This document shows positions 22,901 to 35,000 of a DNA stretch of 64,000 nucleotides, piece by piece. The position numbers were made by a program, and so were the translations under genes. Origin of the DNA: Catajapyx aquilonaris (Eukaryota). Under the pieces are notes generated by a model, which worked only from the letters and a program-made list of their open reading frames with translations, searched no databases and was not told the origin of the DNA. The stretch is taken from NCBI GenBank assembly GCA_000934665.2, contig KZ538102.1, forward strand, positions 62,001 to 126,000. Reading direction: 5' to 3'. Each line of letters starts with the position of its first letter. Within the stretch, counting starts at the first letter, position 1.

Positions 22901-25900
22901 CTACGTTTATATATCCAGTGACGAAAGGTCTTAAAAACTTTAAAATAACTCTCACTATCACACTGACAATGTTCCTCATAGTTTTGTTGTAAAATAAACT
23001 CTGTTATGGACATTTGCCTACCTCTTAGATTCAAAGATTCGATTGTCATAATCGAGTCAAACGGAGATCAGAAAATTTAGCCTCTCTCGACCCTTCGGCT
23101 GGGAAATGAGAAAATTTTCCGTACTCGCCAACATGGACTTCGACTTAGGCTGACTGAAAATGCATTGATATCCCATCGAAAGGCCTTGACATCACTTCGA
23201 GTTATGGAGAACTTCGAGTTAAAGAAATTCGAGTTTGGGAAGTTTATTTCCTATTCTTTTACATTGTGACCAACCAAGCTCATCATTTTCTTCGACTTAC
23301 AGATAACTTCGACTTATAGAAATTTTTACTGTAACTCGTCATTTTCATACATACTGTTGCATACTCATGAGGCTAACACTTTTCAACGCCCACAAATTAT
23401 TTGCGTGTGTTATATTATTAAATCTTCACGTCAGTTACTTATATATGCCGCAAACAATTCGCTTTAAAATTCATTTCCTGAACAGCCAAGTTTTTACAAT
23501 GCCAAAAGCTGCGATTAGAAATTAAGCAGTTTCGGAGCTAAGCCTTACGTACTGATAAATGCATGTACCAAGGAAACACGTTAAAGTAACCCAAAACACG
23601 ATGATAAATTATTTTTAAATTGCCAAACTCACTAAAAATGACCCTGTATCGAGAATTATTCTGTCAAGTCCGATATCTACTGTACATAGAAGGTAAAACT
23701 GCCACATCATTACTGAGACCAACTGCACATAAAACGCGAAATAAAAGGTAATATGCCAATTCACATCATTGGCACAAAAACTTTAGAAAGCCTTTCCGAA
23801 AGTCTACGAGATTTGTCAGGAAACATTCAACTCCTTGATGAAACTGTTGTGCATCACTTCACACTTTGGCCTACTCCGCCGTCGCGTGAAAGTCTTGTGC
23901 ATCGGAAACGTCTGAATATAAATTATATAATTTTAGACACAAAAACTAAAATGATGTAGACATCAGCCATCCAAGGTCATTTCCGCAATCACCCTTAAAA
24001 CATCTATACATTTTCTGCAAAAGCAAAATGGCCTTGTTGCCTAGTGCCATTAGCGGCCTAATGGCCTTATAATGATTGAGCAAATAACGACAAAAAGATT
24101 TTCACAAGCGGTGGCTCCAGAGCCTTCTTTAAAGATCCTACGGTGCCCACACTGGTAACTATCACTAGGAATAACAAGTTCCATTTGAATCCTGTATGTG
24201 ACAACGCAACACGGCTGAGACGACTCCGGCGACACCCAAAGACCATGCACCTTGATAGAAATGTACATACCGGCGTGCGGACGGCATAGGGTGCGTGTCC
24301 AGGGCCGGGTCCAGGTCCCGGTCCGTCACGATACGGGCCTGCCCCGGAGTAGGCGGCCTGGAAGTACCGCATCTCCCGGGCGGGCGTGTACAGGGCGTAA
24401 GGGCGGCTTGGAGGCGACAGGGTGCCCGCCGCCTGCCGCTGCTTGAACGGCGAGCCCTCGTGCGACGACTGCGATGACCTAAGGACAACAAAACATTATA
24501 ATAGTGCGATATCATATAATATCTAATATAACAGTGCAAAATTACGGCTAATATCATTCCGTACCCATAGATGACCCCAATCCCATGTCATAAACTACCA
24601 TACAATACATGTGGTTCTTTGACTCCCCCACTAGTGCACTATGTAGTGGTAGCCCAATTGGCGGCATGGATGAAATGCGAATCTGAACCGATCCATGCTG
24701 GGGCAACAGCTAAAAGCTGCGGTTTTCCATTGCATACGTATTCCAATATCAGTGATACAATGCAATTCGGCCTGCTGAGTATTATGGTACGGGTGGTGAT
24801 ACGCAGCGGAACAAACGGGGGATTGTGACAACCAGCCTGCAATCCCCCTTTCACCAACTGCTAGTAATTCTTTACACAGACAATGTCGATTTGGCGGTGA
24901 CAATGATGCCACCCCATCTTATCTGCACCCAGGAATGGTCTGTAATCGCCTCGCCAACAAAAATAACCACGTAGGCAACCATCGGATTACCCGTGTCCGG
25001 CATTATCAACACCCCAAATTGGATCCTGGTATCCTGATTCAAACCTCGACTAGCTTGAACTTGCTAGTTACTACGTGTACTCATATACCAATTAGACAAC
25101 AAAAATCAGGTGAGGAACCCCAGGTACCCATCCTTATTCAGAACTCTCCTTTCCTAACGAGCATAAATCTACGTCCAGATAAGTAAGACTGTAATTCAAG
25201 GCCCGTTTTGAATGCGACCCCCTAACGAGAGCACCGAACTACGGTCATCATTGGCGAATGCACAAAATGGCCGCCATTTTTAAGCCCCTGTCCTCCACAT
25301 GGCGTCGAGGATGTTTTTCCAAACAAGCCTTGTCTATTTTTACCCCACCCTGAGAGGCCCCCCAATACCTTTCTCTGAATAACACCACTGATAATAATGT
25401 AATCCGTGTGTGATTTCCCCAATACTCCACTTTTTTCCTTATAATTTCTTCTAACAAGCTTCATTCATGTAGACGTAATTACATCAACTCGCCAACTCAC
25501 ATAGCCGCCTGGAAAACACCCTTTAAAACCTCCTCCGGTTGAAACCACCTTTTGGGGTTGATCATATGCCGGCAGCACAAACAAGGCGTATCTACCCTCG
25601 ATAAACGGAGTCGATGCCCTGACCAAATCGGATGTTAGTGACTAAATATTTGGATGGTATATACATTCATTTTGTGGGGTTGCCATGGGTAATGATTGAA
25701 TCTGGAAAATGTGACCAAACACTTGGGCCTGTCCAGCATCTGCAAAAACTAGCACAGCATATCGAGGTACACATAAGCCGGGTTAACATTCCTACAGTAC
25801 TCCACCTCCCATTTTCCTTTTTACCTCCAGTTTTACGAGCACCCCAACTGTTTTATGCCAGCTACGCCCTGAACTCGGGCTAGAATTTTCCCTCTACCGT

Positions 25901-28900
25901 TTCTGTCCATCCAAGTCCCTATTGCCCTATAGCACATATTATTTTTCTTCCGAATTGGGTGCATGAGTGACGCAACTCCCAGGCAGTTACCAAGGCAGCC
26001 AGCAAAGGAACATATCAAAACCCTCTTCCTGATTGGTCCGTTCTAGCCATCCTGTCCAATCACACTGTGTTTGGAATGAGTAAATATGAACCCCCCTCTC
26101 AAACCGTCTATTTCGGTCCATTCAAGGAGTGTGTTCCGCCACTGACCGCCAGACTTACTTGTTGATGAGGACAAAGTCAAATAGAACCCCAAGTGCCTGC
26201 TTTTTCATCTCAGAAAAAAAAACTACTATCCTAGAACAAAAGGCTTATTCCATGACACACTCAGATCCTTCGTCTTCATCAGCTTCCAATCCATTCCCTT
26301 TAAATGTGCAACTCCTTCTAGGAAAGTGCGCTCAATCAATAAACCCGGGGAGAGCGAGATGTTCACAAACCCCCCCTTTAAAAACATACTAATATGCTTT
26401 AAAAATATTTTGAAATATATTTGCCATATTTTGGATCCGGCTGAATAATAAAACGGTGTGGTTTTTGATCATATCGAAAAAATTTAGGGTGTGTACCCCA
26501 CAGCATGCAAAATAAAAACCGATTGGCTGAACATTTCTAGGGTAACCTTGCCCACTTTTATATTCCGAGCGCTTCCGCAGAGTAAATTTGGCACGCGGAT
26601 TGAGCCTGAGTTATTGATGGTGACTGCTTGGCATCTCCTGGCAGACCCCGCTTTGCTTCCTACTTGGCCAAAACTGACAGCAAGCGCAGGTGAAGTCTGG
26701 CTATATTATTTTCACTCCTGGATAGGTCATCTCTCATGCCGCATGTGTCAAGGCGATCCAGTTGGTAGGACGGGGGCAGCATGCACCGAAGTAACGGCGA
26801 AAAAAAATTTGTTCAAAACAATAAAACATTCAGGTTGTGAAACCCAAAAGGGGGGGTCCTCCTCTATTCCATCTAAATAGTAGTTGCCTTGAAGGGAAAA
26901 CCCGCTTGGCAGGAACAAGTTTCGTGCACTCGCCCTGAGCACAACCTGACATCGAAGACACTACAAAATGGACGCCCAGACAGTAATCCGCTACAATGCG
27001 CCGCAGAAACGAGGCGCCACCAAAAATAGTCACATCGATGTCCACTTAACCAGTATAGGGAGACTAACTAGTAAAAAAGTTTCGAAAATAAGCTTTTGAA
27101 AAATTAAAGCAATTAGGTATTAGACTGGGGAAGGTACTGCACGGGTGAGCCCCCCTTTGCCGACGACATCGTTATTGAAAAAATAATTACGCTGTTGTGA
27201 TGATGATGGATGGTCAGGAGGGGGGCTTTCTGCAAATGAGCAGTGCTGGAAACTGGGAGGAAAAATTCTGCCAGGGAGAAGCAGACAAAAGAGGAGGAGA
27301 AAATGGGATTGAAAACGTCCCTTCCAATGAAGGCCAGTATTTCTTGTTCCCAAAACTGGATTCATCATCAGACATCACTTGTCACTGGATGAGACTGTTT
27401 CTTCTGGCAGGTCCACACTGACAGCTGTCCCCATTTTCACTGTTTCCAGCACTACATTGTCTACCCCTCCCAAACAACGCCACAAATTTTAACTTTTTCA
27501 ACTTTAAAAAAAAACCTGGCTTCACTAGTGAAAACAAAGCAACATGGATCAGTCGTGTACGTCCCGAGGCCCTACTTCATCACGCAAAGTTTTCTAACAT
27601 TTTCCACTCTAACAAAATGCAATATTTCGTTTCCCCCTCCACCACCTCGACCCCTATGTTCACAAATTAATGATGTCAACTTCGGCAAGCTGGTCCTGAC
27701 GAAGGGGGATCGGAAAAGACCGTAATGGCTTGTTTGCATTGACCCAGACTTTTTGTCACAACCGAAAACATCCTGCATTATTACAAAATATAAGTAACAG
27801 TGTTACAACTGCCTCCCCAAAAAAATTAATGAGCTCTTTCAAGTCCTGCAATCCCAGCCCAAAATCGGCCTTCTATTTCAAGTCATCATCTGGCGCACAA
27901 AGTAGCTGTAAGCCACAAAAATGTTACACTAACTGCACTGCACATTCGCTAATTAAAACTGCGTCCATAAGAGGGCCGGTCCTGCTATTGCACACTGTAA
28001 TAAGGCTAAACGGCCGGTGATGAATGGCAAAAAGGAAAAAAAAAAAATCCGGGTTTTACGGGAAATTTTCGGCCTACCGAGCTTGAGATGCGTCCTATGA
28101 AGAAAACTCCGCATTGCAGAATTTCAGTAATTACATGACCCCAAGTGAACACTGCTAACGATTCCGAAGTGGCCATTTTGCAAATTGCCATTTGTTAAAT
28201 TTCAAACGGGGGGTTTTAAAGTGGCTAGATCTTAGCGCCGTAATTTCGCCAATGGTCAAACTAGCGAAATGGTAGTTTCGGCCATTTTGTAGTTCCAGCA
28301 AATACGGCTACGGCGAAAAGGACTCAAATAATATAGGCCTACTCACTTTGCCATTAGCTAGGCCTAACAGTCATGCATTATTATTGGATACGCGCTATTT
28401 CCAAAGTAACATTGCCAATTCCGCACAGTCCAACGTGCATTGCAGTTTCATATTCTGCAAGTTCGCAAAGTCCACTTCAACCAACTCGAAACATACTGTT
28501 CAGCTCGATTTTGGCAAGAGAAAGCATATTTAAATAGTACCCGTTGCCCAGAAAGGCGGACACTGAAACCATGAACAACATGGCGACTGCAATATTTCAC
28601 TTCCACTGCAGATGCACACACATATGCAAATGGTAGTGCATTGCACACACCACTTTATCGCACTTCATTCTTACAATTTTCATTATGAAATCAAAAAAAA
28701 TTAATCCACAAGTCTAGGATCTGTCCACAACCTTGAATTCTGTCTGGCCCTTTGTTTGCTACGGCGCCAGTTGCCACACCAAAACCGACTGCATAATATA
28801 TTTGAACACCCTGTTGCAATTGTCCATATTTACAAAATAATCGGGGGGCGATTCCGTAAACCCCCCCCCCCCCCATCCGAACACTGCGCCATTCCGCACA

Positions 28901-29092
28901 CAATCTACATCCTCCAGGCCTAGATCACCACCGCACTATTTTCTATACAACGCTGCCAATATTATACGGAGGGCCTGAAACCTACGGATTTCTCTGGGGA
29001 AGATGAATGTGAGGAGGCAGATGTGGCAGGTAGGCTTGGTCCGTGGGCCAGGCCATGATCCCTCCCCGGCCTCCGCCTCCTCCATGGGCCAT
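4803..29092 (-). CDS. NCOR: Nuclear receptor corepressor NCoR/SMRT (SMRTER), 5' part: 11 coding exons, about 875 aa, 3' end outside the window
   Basis: Exons 29092-28986, 24478-24271, 17585-17062, 16295-16157, 13267-13094, 12974-12867, 12801-12745, 11676-11624, 11564-11258, 8587-7746 and 4909-4803. All introns are GT-AG with matching phases (2,0,2,0,0,0,0,2,0,2, then exit 1). The translation follows NCoR1/SMRT motifs: VDREIAKAESQIAKLKKKQQELEE, KIYAENRKKAQEAH..LGPKVELPLYNQPSD, KAKEAKNREFFEKVFPELRKQRE and the SANT1 domain. Confidence 0.93.
7746..8587 (-). CDS. NCOR: NCoR exon 10: deacetylase-activating domain/SANT1 plus a Gly/Ser-rich linker
   Basis: LEDKKMRSYAVIPP...NGLIEDPMAEYKDRQLLNVWTDQEKDLFKEKFLQHPKNFSIIRSYMERKSISDCVQYYYLSKKTENYK. 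Donor AG|GTGAG. Confidence 0.95.
10780..10838. repeat. Perfect inverted repeat, 29-bp arms with a 1-nt spacer
   Basis: TCATGGGATACAGATGTTGGGTGATATGC-A-GCATATCACCCAACATCTGTATCCCATGA, preceded by an (ATATT)-like AT tract at 10751-10780. Confidence 0.95.
11258..11564 (-). CDS. NCOR: NCoR exon 9
   Basis: YLLIKKQLIQHFK...RVGARIKSDADLEEIMDGLQEQE. Follows a 59-nt intron. Donor GAG|GTGCGC. Confidence 0.93.
11624..11676 (-). CDS. NCOR: NCoR exon 8 (not translated in the ORF track)
   Basis: PLYNQPSDMAVYHENKR(R) matches NCoR PLYNQPSDTKVYHEN. Acceptor TTTTTTCCCTACAG, donor AG|GTACTG. Confidence 0.93.
12036..12505. mobile_element. piggyBac-type non-autonomous element (MITE), 470 bp
   Basis: TTAA on both sides (12032-12035 and 12506-12509). 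Ends are CCC..GGG. 19-bp TIR CCCTTAACTA(T/C)GTAGGTGG with one mismatch, plus subterminal inverted repeats. No ORF. Confidence 0.9.
12745..12801 (-). CDS. NCOR: NCoR exon 7
   Basis: KKAQEAHDLLEKLGPKVEL. Acceptor TTTCAG, donor TTG|GTAAGG. Confidence 0.93.
12867..12974 (-). CDS. NCOR: NCoR exon 6
   Basis: QELEETANKPAHDKEEEECSQPKHQSLAQKIYAENR. Donor AGG|GTGAGT. Confidence 0.93.
13094..13267 (-). CDS. NCOR: NCoR exon 5, start of the GPS2-interacting coiled coil
   Basis: GPAYNPQVEAISP...KDDLLQQIAKVDREIAKAESQIAKLKKKQ. Acceptor TTTCTTCAG, donor CAG|GTGGGT. Confidence 0.93.
16157..16295 (-). CDS. NCOR: NCoR coding exon 4 (TDAFRDPREPLMPSTDSGNPPFKRLRLGESRPELLQPLRIDTERTR)
   Basis: Acceptor TTTTTCCATATAG, donor AGG|GTACGT. 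KRLRL resembles KRPRL of NCoR. Confidence 0.88.
17062..17585 (-). CDS. NCOR: NCoR coding exon 3, polyP/polyQ low-complexity region
   Basis: Acceptor TTCGCCTTCAG|CCC, donor GG|GTGGGT, 524 nt, phase 0 in and 2 out. Reads PERHGERDG...LHPEYPQGRACPYG. Confidence 0.8.
22786..23331. mobile_element. Tc1/mariner (pogo/Tigger-like) MITE, about 546 bp
   Basis: TA flanks at 22784-22785 and 23332-23333. Left TIR CAGTAAAACTTCTCTAAGTCGAA, right TIR (reverse complement) CAGTAAAAATTTCTATAAGTCGAA. Repeated internal TTCGAGTT/TTCGACTT motifs. Confidence 0.85.
24271..24478 (-). CDS. NCOR: NCoR coding exon 2 (SSQSSHEGSPFKQR...MRYFQAAYSGAGPYRDGPGPGPGPGHAPYAVRTP)
   Basis: GC-rich island in AT-rich DNA. Acceptor TTGTCCTTAG, donor CCG|GTATGT, 208 nt, phase 2 in and 0 out. 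Confidence 0.75.
28986..29092 (-). CDS. NCOR: NCoR probable first coding exon (MAHGGGGGRGGIMAWPTDQAYLPHLPPHIHLPQRNP)
   Basis: ggaATGg start with an in-frame TGA upstream. Donor CC|GTAGG is phase 2, matching the next exon. Likely acceptor TTTATCCTAG before 29230. Confidence 0.65.
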
Positions 29093-32000
29093 TCCCGACG
29101 TCGGCAGCTTCAGCCTGCTGACCCGTCCTCAAACGGCTCACTTCCAACAACAAGCACAACACTAGCACCAACACTCCCGGGGTCTCAGCCACGCACCAAA
29201 CTCCAGTCATCCCGCACCATCTTGATCACACTAGGATAAAGCCAAATCGTACCTTTTATCAACCCCATTTTTAAAAATTCAAAAAAAAATTACAAATATG
29301 ATCAAAAAAATGGGGTTGCAAAAGGTGACACTCACGGATTTAAAAAAAAAACACACACACGTGTGCACACACGGAGGATAAAACCGCGCTGTATCCCCGC
29401 CAACTATCACGGACCATGTGCTTGCTGAATGCCAGCAGGCCAGCCAACGGTGCACCCGCCCACCAACCCCACTCTCCCCCCTACTTCCCAACCAGTCTCC
29501 CCCCCCCCCTCCCAGCTCTTTCTCTCTCCCCAAGTCCCCAGCCTACAACCCCTTCTCTCTACCTCGTCCTTAGCTGGGTCACGGATCAGGTCTTGGCTGA
29601 CCTTCGGACATTTTCTTCCCACGCGATGTTGCCGTGGTGGGGCTACTTGGCAACGTCGCAGTCACGCGGTGCTGACTCAGCCCCTCAAGGGGGGGAGCCT
29701 TGCCACATCGAACATTGGCAACGCTGGAGTGGGTGGGAGGAAAAAGGGGCTGGTGCATTAGGGGGGTCTCTACGCACAAGAGGCTTTTCCGGGATGCCAA
29801 GGCACCGTTGCCAACACGCACTGTCAACGTGGCAACCAGGCCCCGGTGCCAAAGTGACCCACATTTTAGAGGTGCGATCGCAAAAAGAGCAGGCTTTCAG
29901 GAAGTAGCTAAAGCGTAGCAGCTAGGTTTCGCAATAGTGCAAAACTGTGCAAAAAAATATCCTGTCATGCAGGTTGCGGCCAGAAAAATTTACATGCCCC
30001 CGTTTTTGTTTTTTTTTTGGAGGCGACAGATAGGCCAGGGGGAAATGACCCTTATGACCCCACAGCCTGGCGAGTCAACCACCCCCCTCCCTCTCAACAA
30101 AGCGTAAACAATGGCTGACCTGGATTTGTGACCCTTGAAAGAGAAAACCGCCGATACACATGCACGACCTTCCCCCCTCGCTCCCATACACACGTACACC
30201 AGGCGACATTCTTCAGTCTAAAAATAAATCTAATCGGTGGGCCGTTTTCTTCGAACCTTTATCTTCAGGGAAGAACCGTAACAATTTCAGGGGCACCCAT
30301 TTTTCATGCCTTATCACTGACCTAGTGCAAGTGTTTATTATCTTTTCCACAACCCCATTGCAATGTCAAGGAATTCTTATTTTTATTTTTTCCAACCGTT
30401 GATCCGGAGACTTGCGCATACCGGACCCGGAAATGACGTCAGTGGGGTCAATGACTAGGCATCATTCCCCGTGCGACCTCAAGGATGGAAAGTCCCCCTG
30501 GAGTGTCACGTGTGGAGCAACCTCCACCACACTTTGCCAGCCGCTGAACAATCCATTCAAAAGGCAGTCTCCCTTCCCCACCCCCAACCCCCGCCACCCC
30601 TAAACGCGGAACAAGGTCAAGGCGCTACTACCCCCCACCCCCACCCCCTATCTCCATTTTCCCCTTTTACCACCCCGCACCCTATTTCCCCCCCTATGCC
30701 ACCCACCCACCCACAGACAGCCTCCGGTCAGATCAATAACAACGGCGCCAGTGTTGCCATACTCCACTCGGGAAATCCCATTGGATACACTGTGGAGCAG
30801 CACATGTGTCAACACCGAGTATTTCCGGAAATAATCAGTAGGTCGGTTTTTTTTATATGTGAAATTTTCAAAGGCGGAGTCATGTGACTTGATCGATCTG
30901 GGACCGGGTGTCTGATCGGGTCAGCCTATAATCAGCGGCACTTTACCCGGGTTACCAACCGCAATTTCTGCATTGCAGGCACTCATATAAGCGCCCCGTT
31001 TCCATTTTAAGAGGAAGCTTCTATTCCGACTTTACCCCCCCCCCCCCCCCCCCCCCAAAAGCCCGGATCCTTGGGTGTTATTACATCCACTGGGAGTTTG
31101 CTGCGCAGGCCCCATACACAAGCACTATGGGGGAGGGGCTGATGTGGTAGGGGGGGCAAAGAGCAAGGAACTCCGTAATCACATCTGGTACACTTGCTAG
31201 GGTTCTGACCATAAAATGATTCCTGATCATTATTGTACAGGGAGTAACGCACTGTCGATCCTATATATGACGTCATTGTGCACAGTGCTAATTCTGGAGT
31301 CCCGACCGTTACGCCAATGCGGCTGTCCTGTGCACGCAACACTATACCAAGAACGGCACTTATAAACCTTCCGGTTGGTCACTCTCTCCATATGGGCACC
31401 AGAGGCCTATCATTTCTCAGAAAAAGAAGAGGGGAAAAAAAAACATGGGCGACCGTTGAGTCGGTCGCAAACCACCAGCATGACGTCCTCACACGTGTCG
31501 TAATCAAACTCCTAATGGACTTGAATTGTGAAAAAGTGGGCTTAGCCACGGGACGCCCATCAAGGCCGCTAGCAATGAAAGTTTTTTTTATAGAGTGCAC
31601 AAGAATGGATCTAGCTGCAAATAGTCCCTGGTCCTTCGGGTCAGGGATCGCCATTGATACGGCTCATAGGGTTGATCGCAATTATACATTTTGGGGAGAG
31701 ACCACACTATACTACAAGGCCATCGTATGCACAGATGTGATGACGTCACTGGTAAGAAAGTGCCAGCACTTCCAAGGTTGCCTAACTACCACCTTCCTCA
31801 AGCCCATGTTTATTTACAACCCAAATATGCCAGATGCATTTGAACCTCCAGGGGCTGATAACCTTCGTCGTTCTGTAAGGCCAGAGATTTATCTGGGGGG
31901 ATGCTGACGGTCACTTTCGACCATTAAAAAATATATATCTCCAACCCACCCACCCACCCACAGGTCCCTCTCACTCTTTGGAACATGTTTACCAAATGGG

Positions 32001-35000
32001 TGGCGGAGACTAATGGGCTAATTCATCACCAAGTGCGTGGGCATTGGCAGGTTCCCGTGTCATCTACCGGAAAAAAAAGTGTCGCGTCCAATGACGAATG
32101 AATAGCCAAATCAATAGTGCTGCAAAACACCCCAAGATTATTACGAAACTGTGTAGCCGAATCTAATCGGCCGCTATCTACTTGGCAACCCTGCCAGGTT
32201 AATTGGCAACACTTGTAATCTTCTTCTCTAATATCTCGCAACCTCCCGAAACAAAAAAAAATTGTGCCATTTCGAAACTATCCGTACGGCACAGGTCACT
32301 GACTGAGGACATTTCCGTTGACAAGTCAGATGAAGTCGCAGATCAAGAAACCGGTCAAGAGGTGATTGGCCGTGGATGCCGTTGACAGTAATTAATTGGT
32401 CCCAATTTATAACCCACGTCGGGAATAAATTACCGGCGGGACATGGAATATTTGCGATGTCCAGTCCTCATTTGCAAGGAGGATTGGAAGCTGGTGCTGC
32501 ATCTGATTGTCTTCGGTTACGTCACAGGAACCGGCGCACGTGTGACATGCTAATCTGATCGGGGTCCATCAGACAATGTCTCATGATTTACGTCAGACGA
32601 TTGCAAGACTGCAAAAATGAACATACAGAGTGCTCCTCTAGGTCATTTCAGGGCAATATCGACATAGCATCAACTGGGGACAAAGTGTGTAAACACACCC
32701 CCTCTATACGCATTTCGTGCGTGAGTACCATCCCATTTGTCAACGGTGCAGACACAATAAATATCCCGTTTGAAGCCAATCACCCTTCAGTGTCCTTATC
32801 GCTGCTGATCTTGCTCGATGACATGAACAAGCAGATGTACGGTTGGTAAATATGACTGGGTTGAAACCCGCCTTTATAACGATTATGTAGGTAAAAAGGT
32901 GCAGCATGTGTGAAGCATCTGCGGCAACGTTGCATGGTTGCCACTGTAAGGCCGAATGTACACGTAGCGTTATTAGAGGAACGAAGACTAATGAACCGGT
33001 GATCATAATAGTTCATCACTGCTTATACTGATCATGAGTGTCTCATGGGAACATCTGTAATAGCACAGTGCTCTTCCGGCTGTTTTCACATCCCACCATC
33101 CCGTTATAACGTTGATCACAAATTTTAACACCTCCCCTTCTGGTCGTTGGGTTACGCTGCACTTCATCATGCTCCCAATACACCTGGTAGTAACGATATT
33201 AGTACTGTAAAAACTATTATTATCCCCCCCCCCCCCCCCACTTCCCATGTTCCCTAGGCTCCTAAGCATATTTGAAAATCAACTCCCAATATCGAGCTAG
33301 CGACAATATTGCGTGCCAGTACTGTACCGTCAGCTATGGCATATATCCTTTCGGTAAACAAAAGCGTAATCTGGAATATCAGCCACTAATTACGGATTAG
33401 GATACCGTATCTTGCTGATATAAAACCTCTGCCTGTTGAAAATATCACACCACCTGATCTGTACCTGGTACGCCATAGGCCGATACAACTGGGGGGAAAG
33501 CATGACATCGACATCAACATGGTTCATGGCATTGTTACAAAAAAAACACACACACAGCGACTTTATGTCGTAGTTTCACAAAACCACCATTTTTTTCACA
33601 CAGATGTGACATATTCAACAGTTGCGCATAATTTCTGTATATGCATACAGACACAACCTTTGCCCTTTAAATGTATAGGTACGGATTCATCTTTTCAAAA
33701 CCGAACAAGCTGCAGGCCTATAGTTGAATCCTGCTGCTCTCATTTCAGCACAATATGCTGACCTACGGGTTTAGTCGCACAAGTGCGGATATGAACTGTA
33801 TCTGAAAGTTCTAAAAACGCTTTAACCGCTTTTGGCAAGTTTCACCCAAAAATAGGTTCACGTAGCAGTTTCCTTTCTGATAGCAAAGTTTGGCATAGAT
33901 AGCGGTAGGCTTTGTTCCTAAGAAAAATAACTGTCTGAACTGACTACTTTCAGCGAAATTGGTGGTTGTCTACATTACTGTACAATCATCTGCTAATATT
34001 TTTTGACAAAAATGTCATTGTTTTATTTTTCATCACATTTCACGACTTCCCACCGCAGACAACCGAGGTCCTACGACAAAAATAGTAGTCAATCCCGCAT
34101 CTTCTTTGTCCGCAATGCAAAACTATTCTGACGACGCCATCCCCATGCAATTGACAGGCAAAGAAAACGGCACAAAAAGAAGACGACCATGACCAGACGA
34201 GCCGAATTGTTGGGCAAGCAATAGGCTCTAGCCCGGATAACAACGGCAACACAGCCGGACAATAAGGGCATTCAGACAGGGAACGGGCTATTCAGATTGC
34301 AGTGGGAAAGTGGGTAGGATCTACGAAGCTGCCGTTACCCACTGACACCCCCATGTATCGTCTCCTGGACCTGCGTGTACGTGGAATTATTTTCCCCTTC
34401 TCTTGCAAATGTGGCACAACCAAGGGTAAACAAACTCTATGTGCCCAACTTGGTTATGATACAAGTTGCACTATTGCCATTTTTTTTAAACTATGTAAAT
34501 ATCGCATGGTGTGTGACACGTCTACATAAAATAATCATGTAGGAAGTGTGTCCACCACAAAATGTACCAGATGCAGACTCCGACCCACATTTCGCCTTCC
34601 CTTTCCTTCCACTGCAGATCTCTTTCCCTCTATTTCCTCCCCCTCTCCTCCTCCCCCTGCTTGGCCCTGGTTCACGGTCACCACCTCCCAAAGTCCCTGC
34701 GGCCCACTGCTGCCACATCACCCTACCGCCTTTTGTACATCCCCTTTCCGAAACCCCCAATCTGGCAACCCCGCTGTTCCGCCACAGACCAGTCCTACAC
34801 GTTGCCAAATCTACCCATCTCCTTTGTATGCGTCTGGCATGCTGGATGGAAACCGGCCCCATTTGGCATCACTGTCCCCTCATGCCACAAAAGTTCTCCC
34901 CATCCCTCCTACCCTCCCCCCCCCGGGTGGGGTTTATTTCACATTCCACAAGAGGACGCGAGCAGTGTTGCCATGCACACACTGCCCATTGTTCCATGCA

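Noticed and set aside
27191..27425. Box C/D snoRNA (GTGATGA ... CTGA with a GCTG/CAGC stem)
   Set aside because: Long for a snoRNA, antisense to the host, imperfect K-turn spacing, and the C box lies in a (TGA)n repeat.
31278..31907. 209-aa + strand ORF
   Set aside because: No recognisable motif or splice structure. The same applies to 13735-14337, 40448-41050 and 61501-62058.
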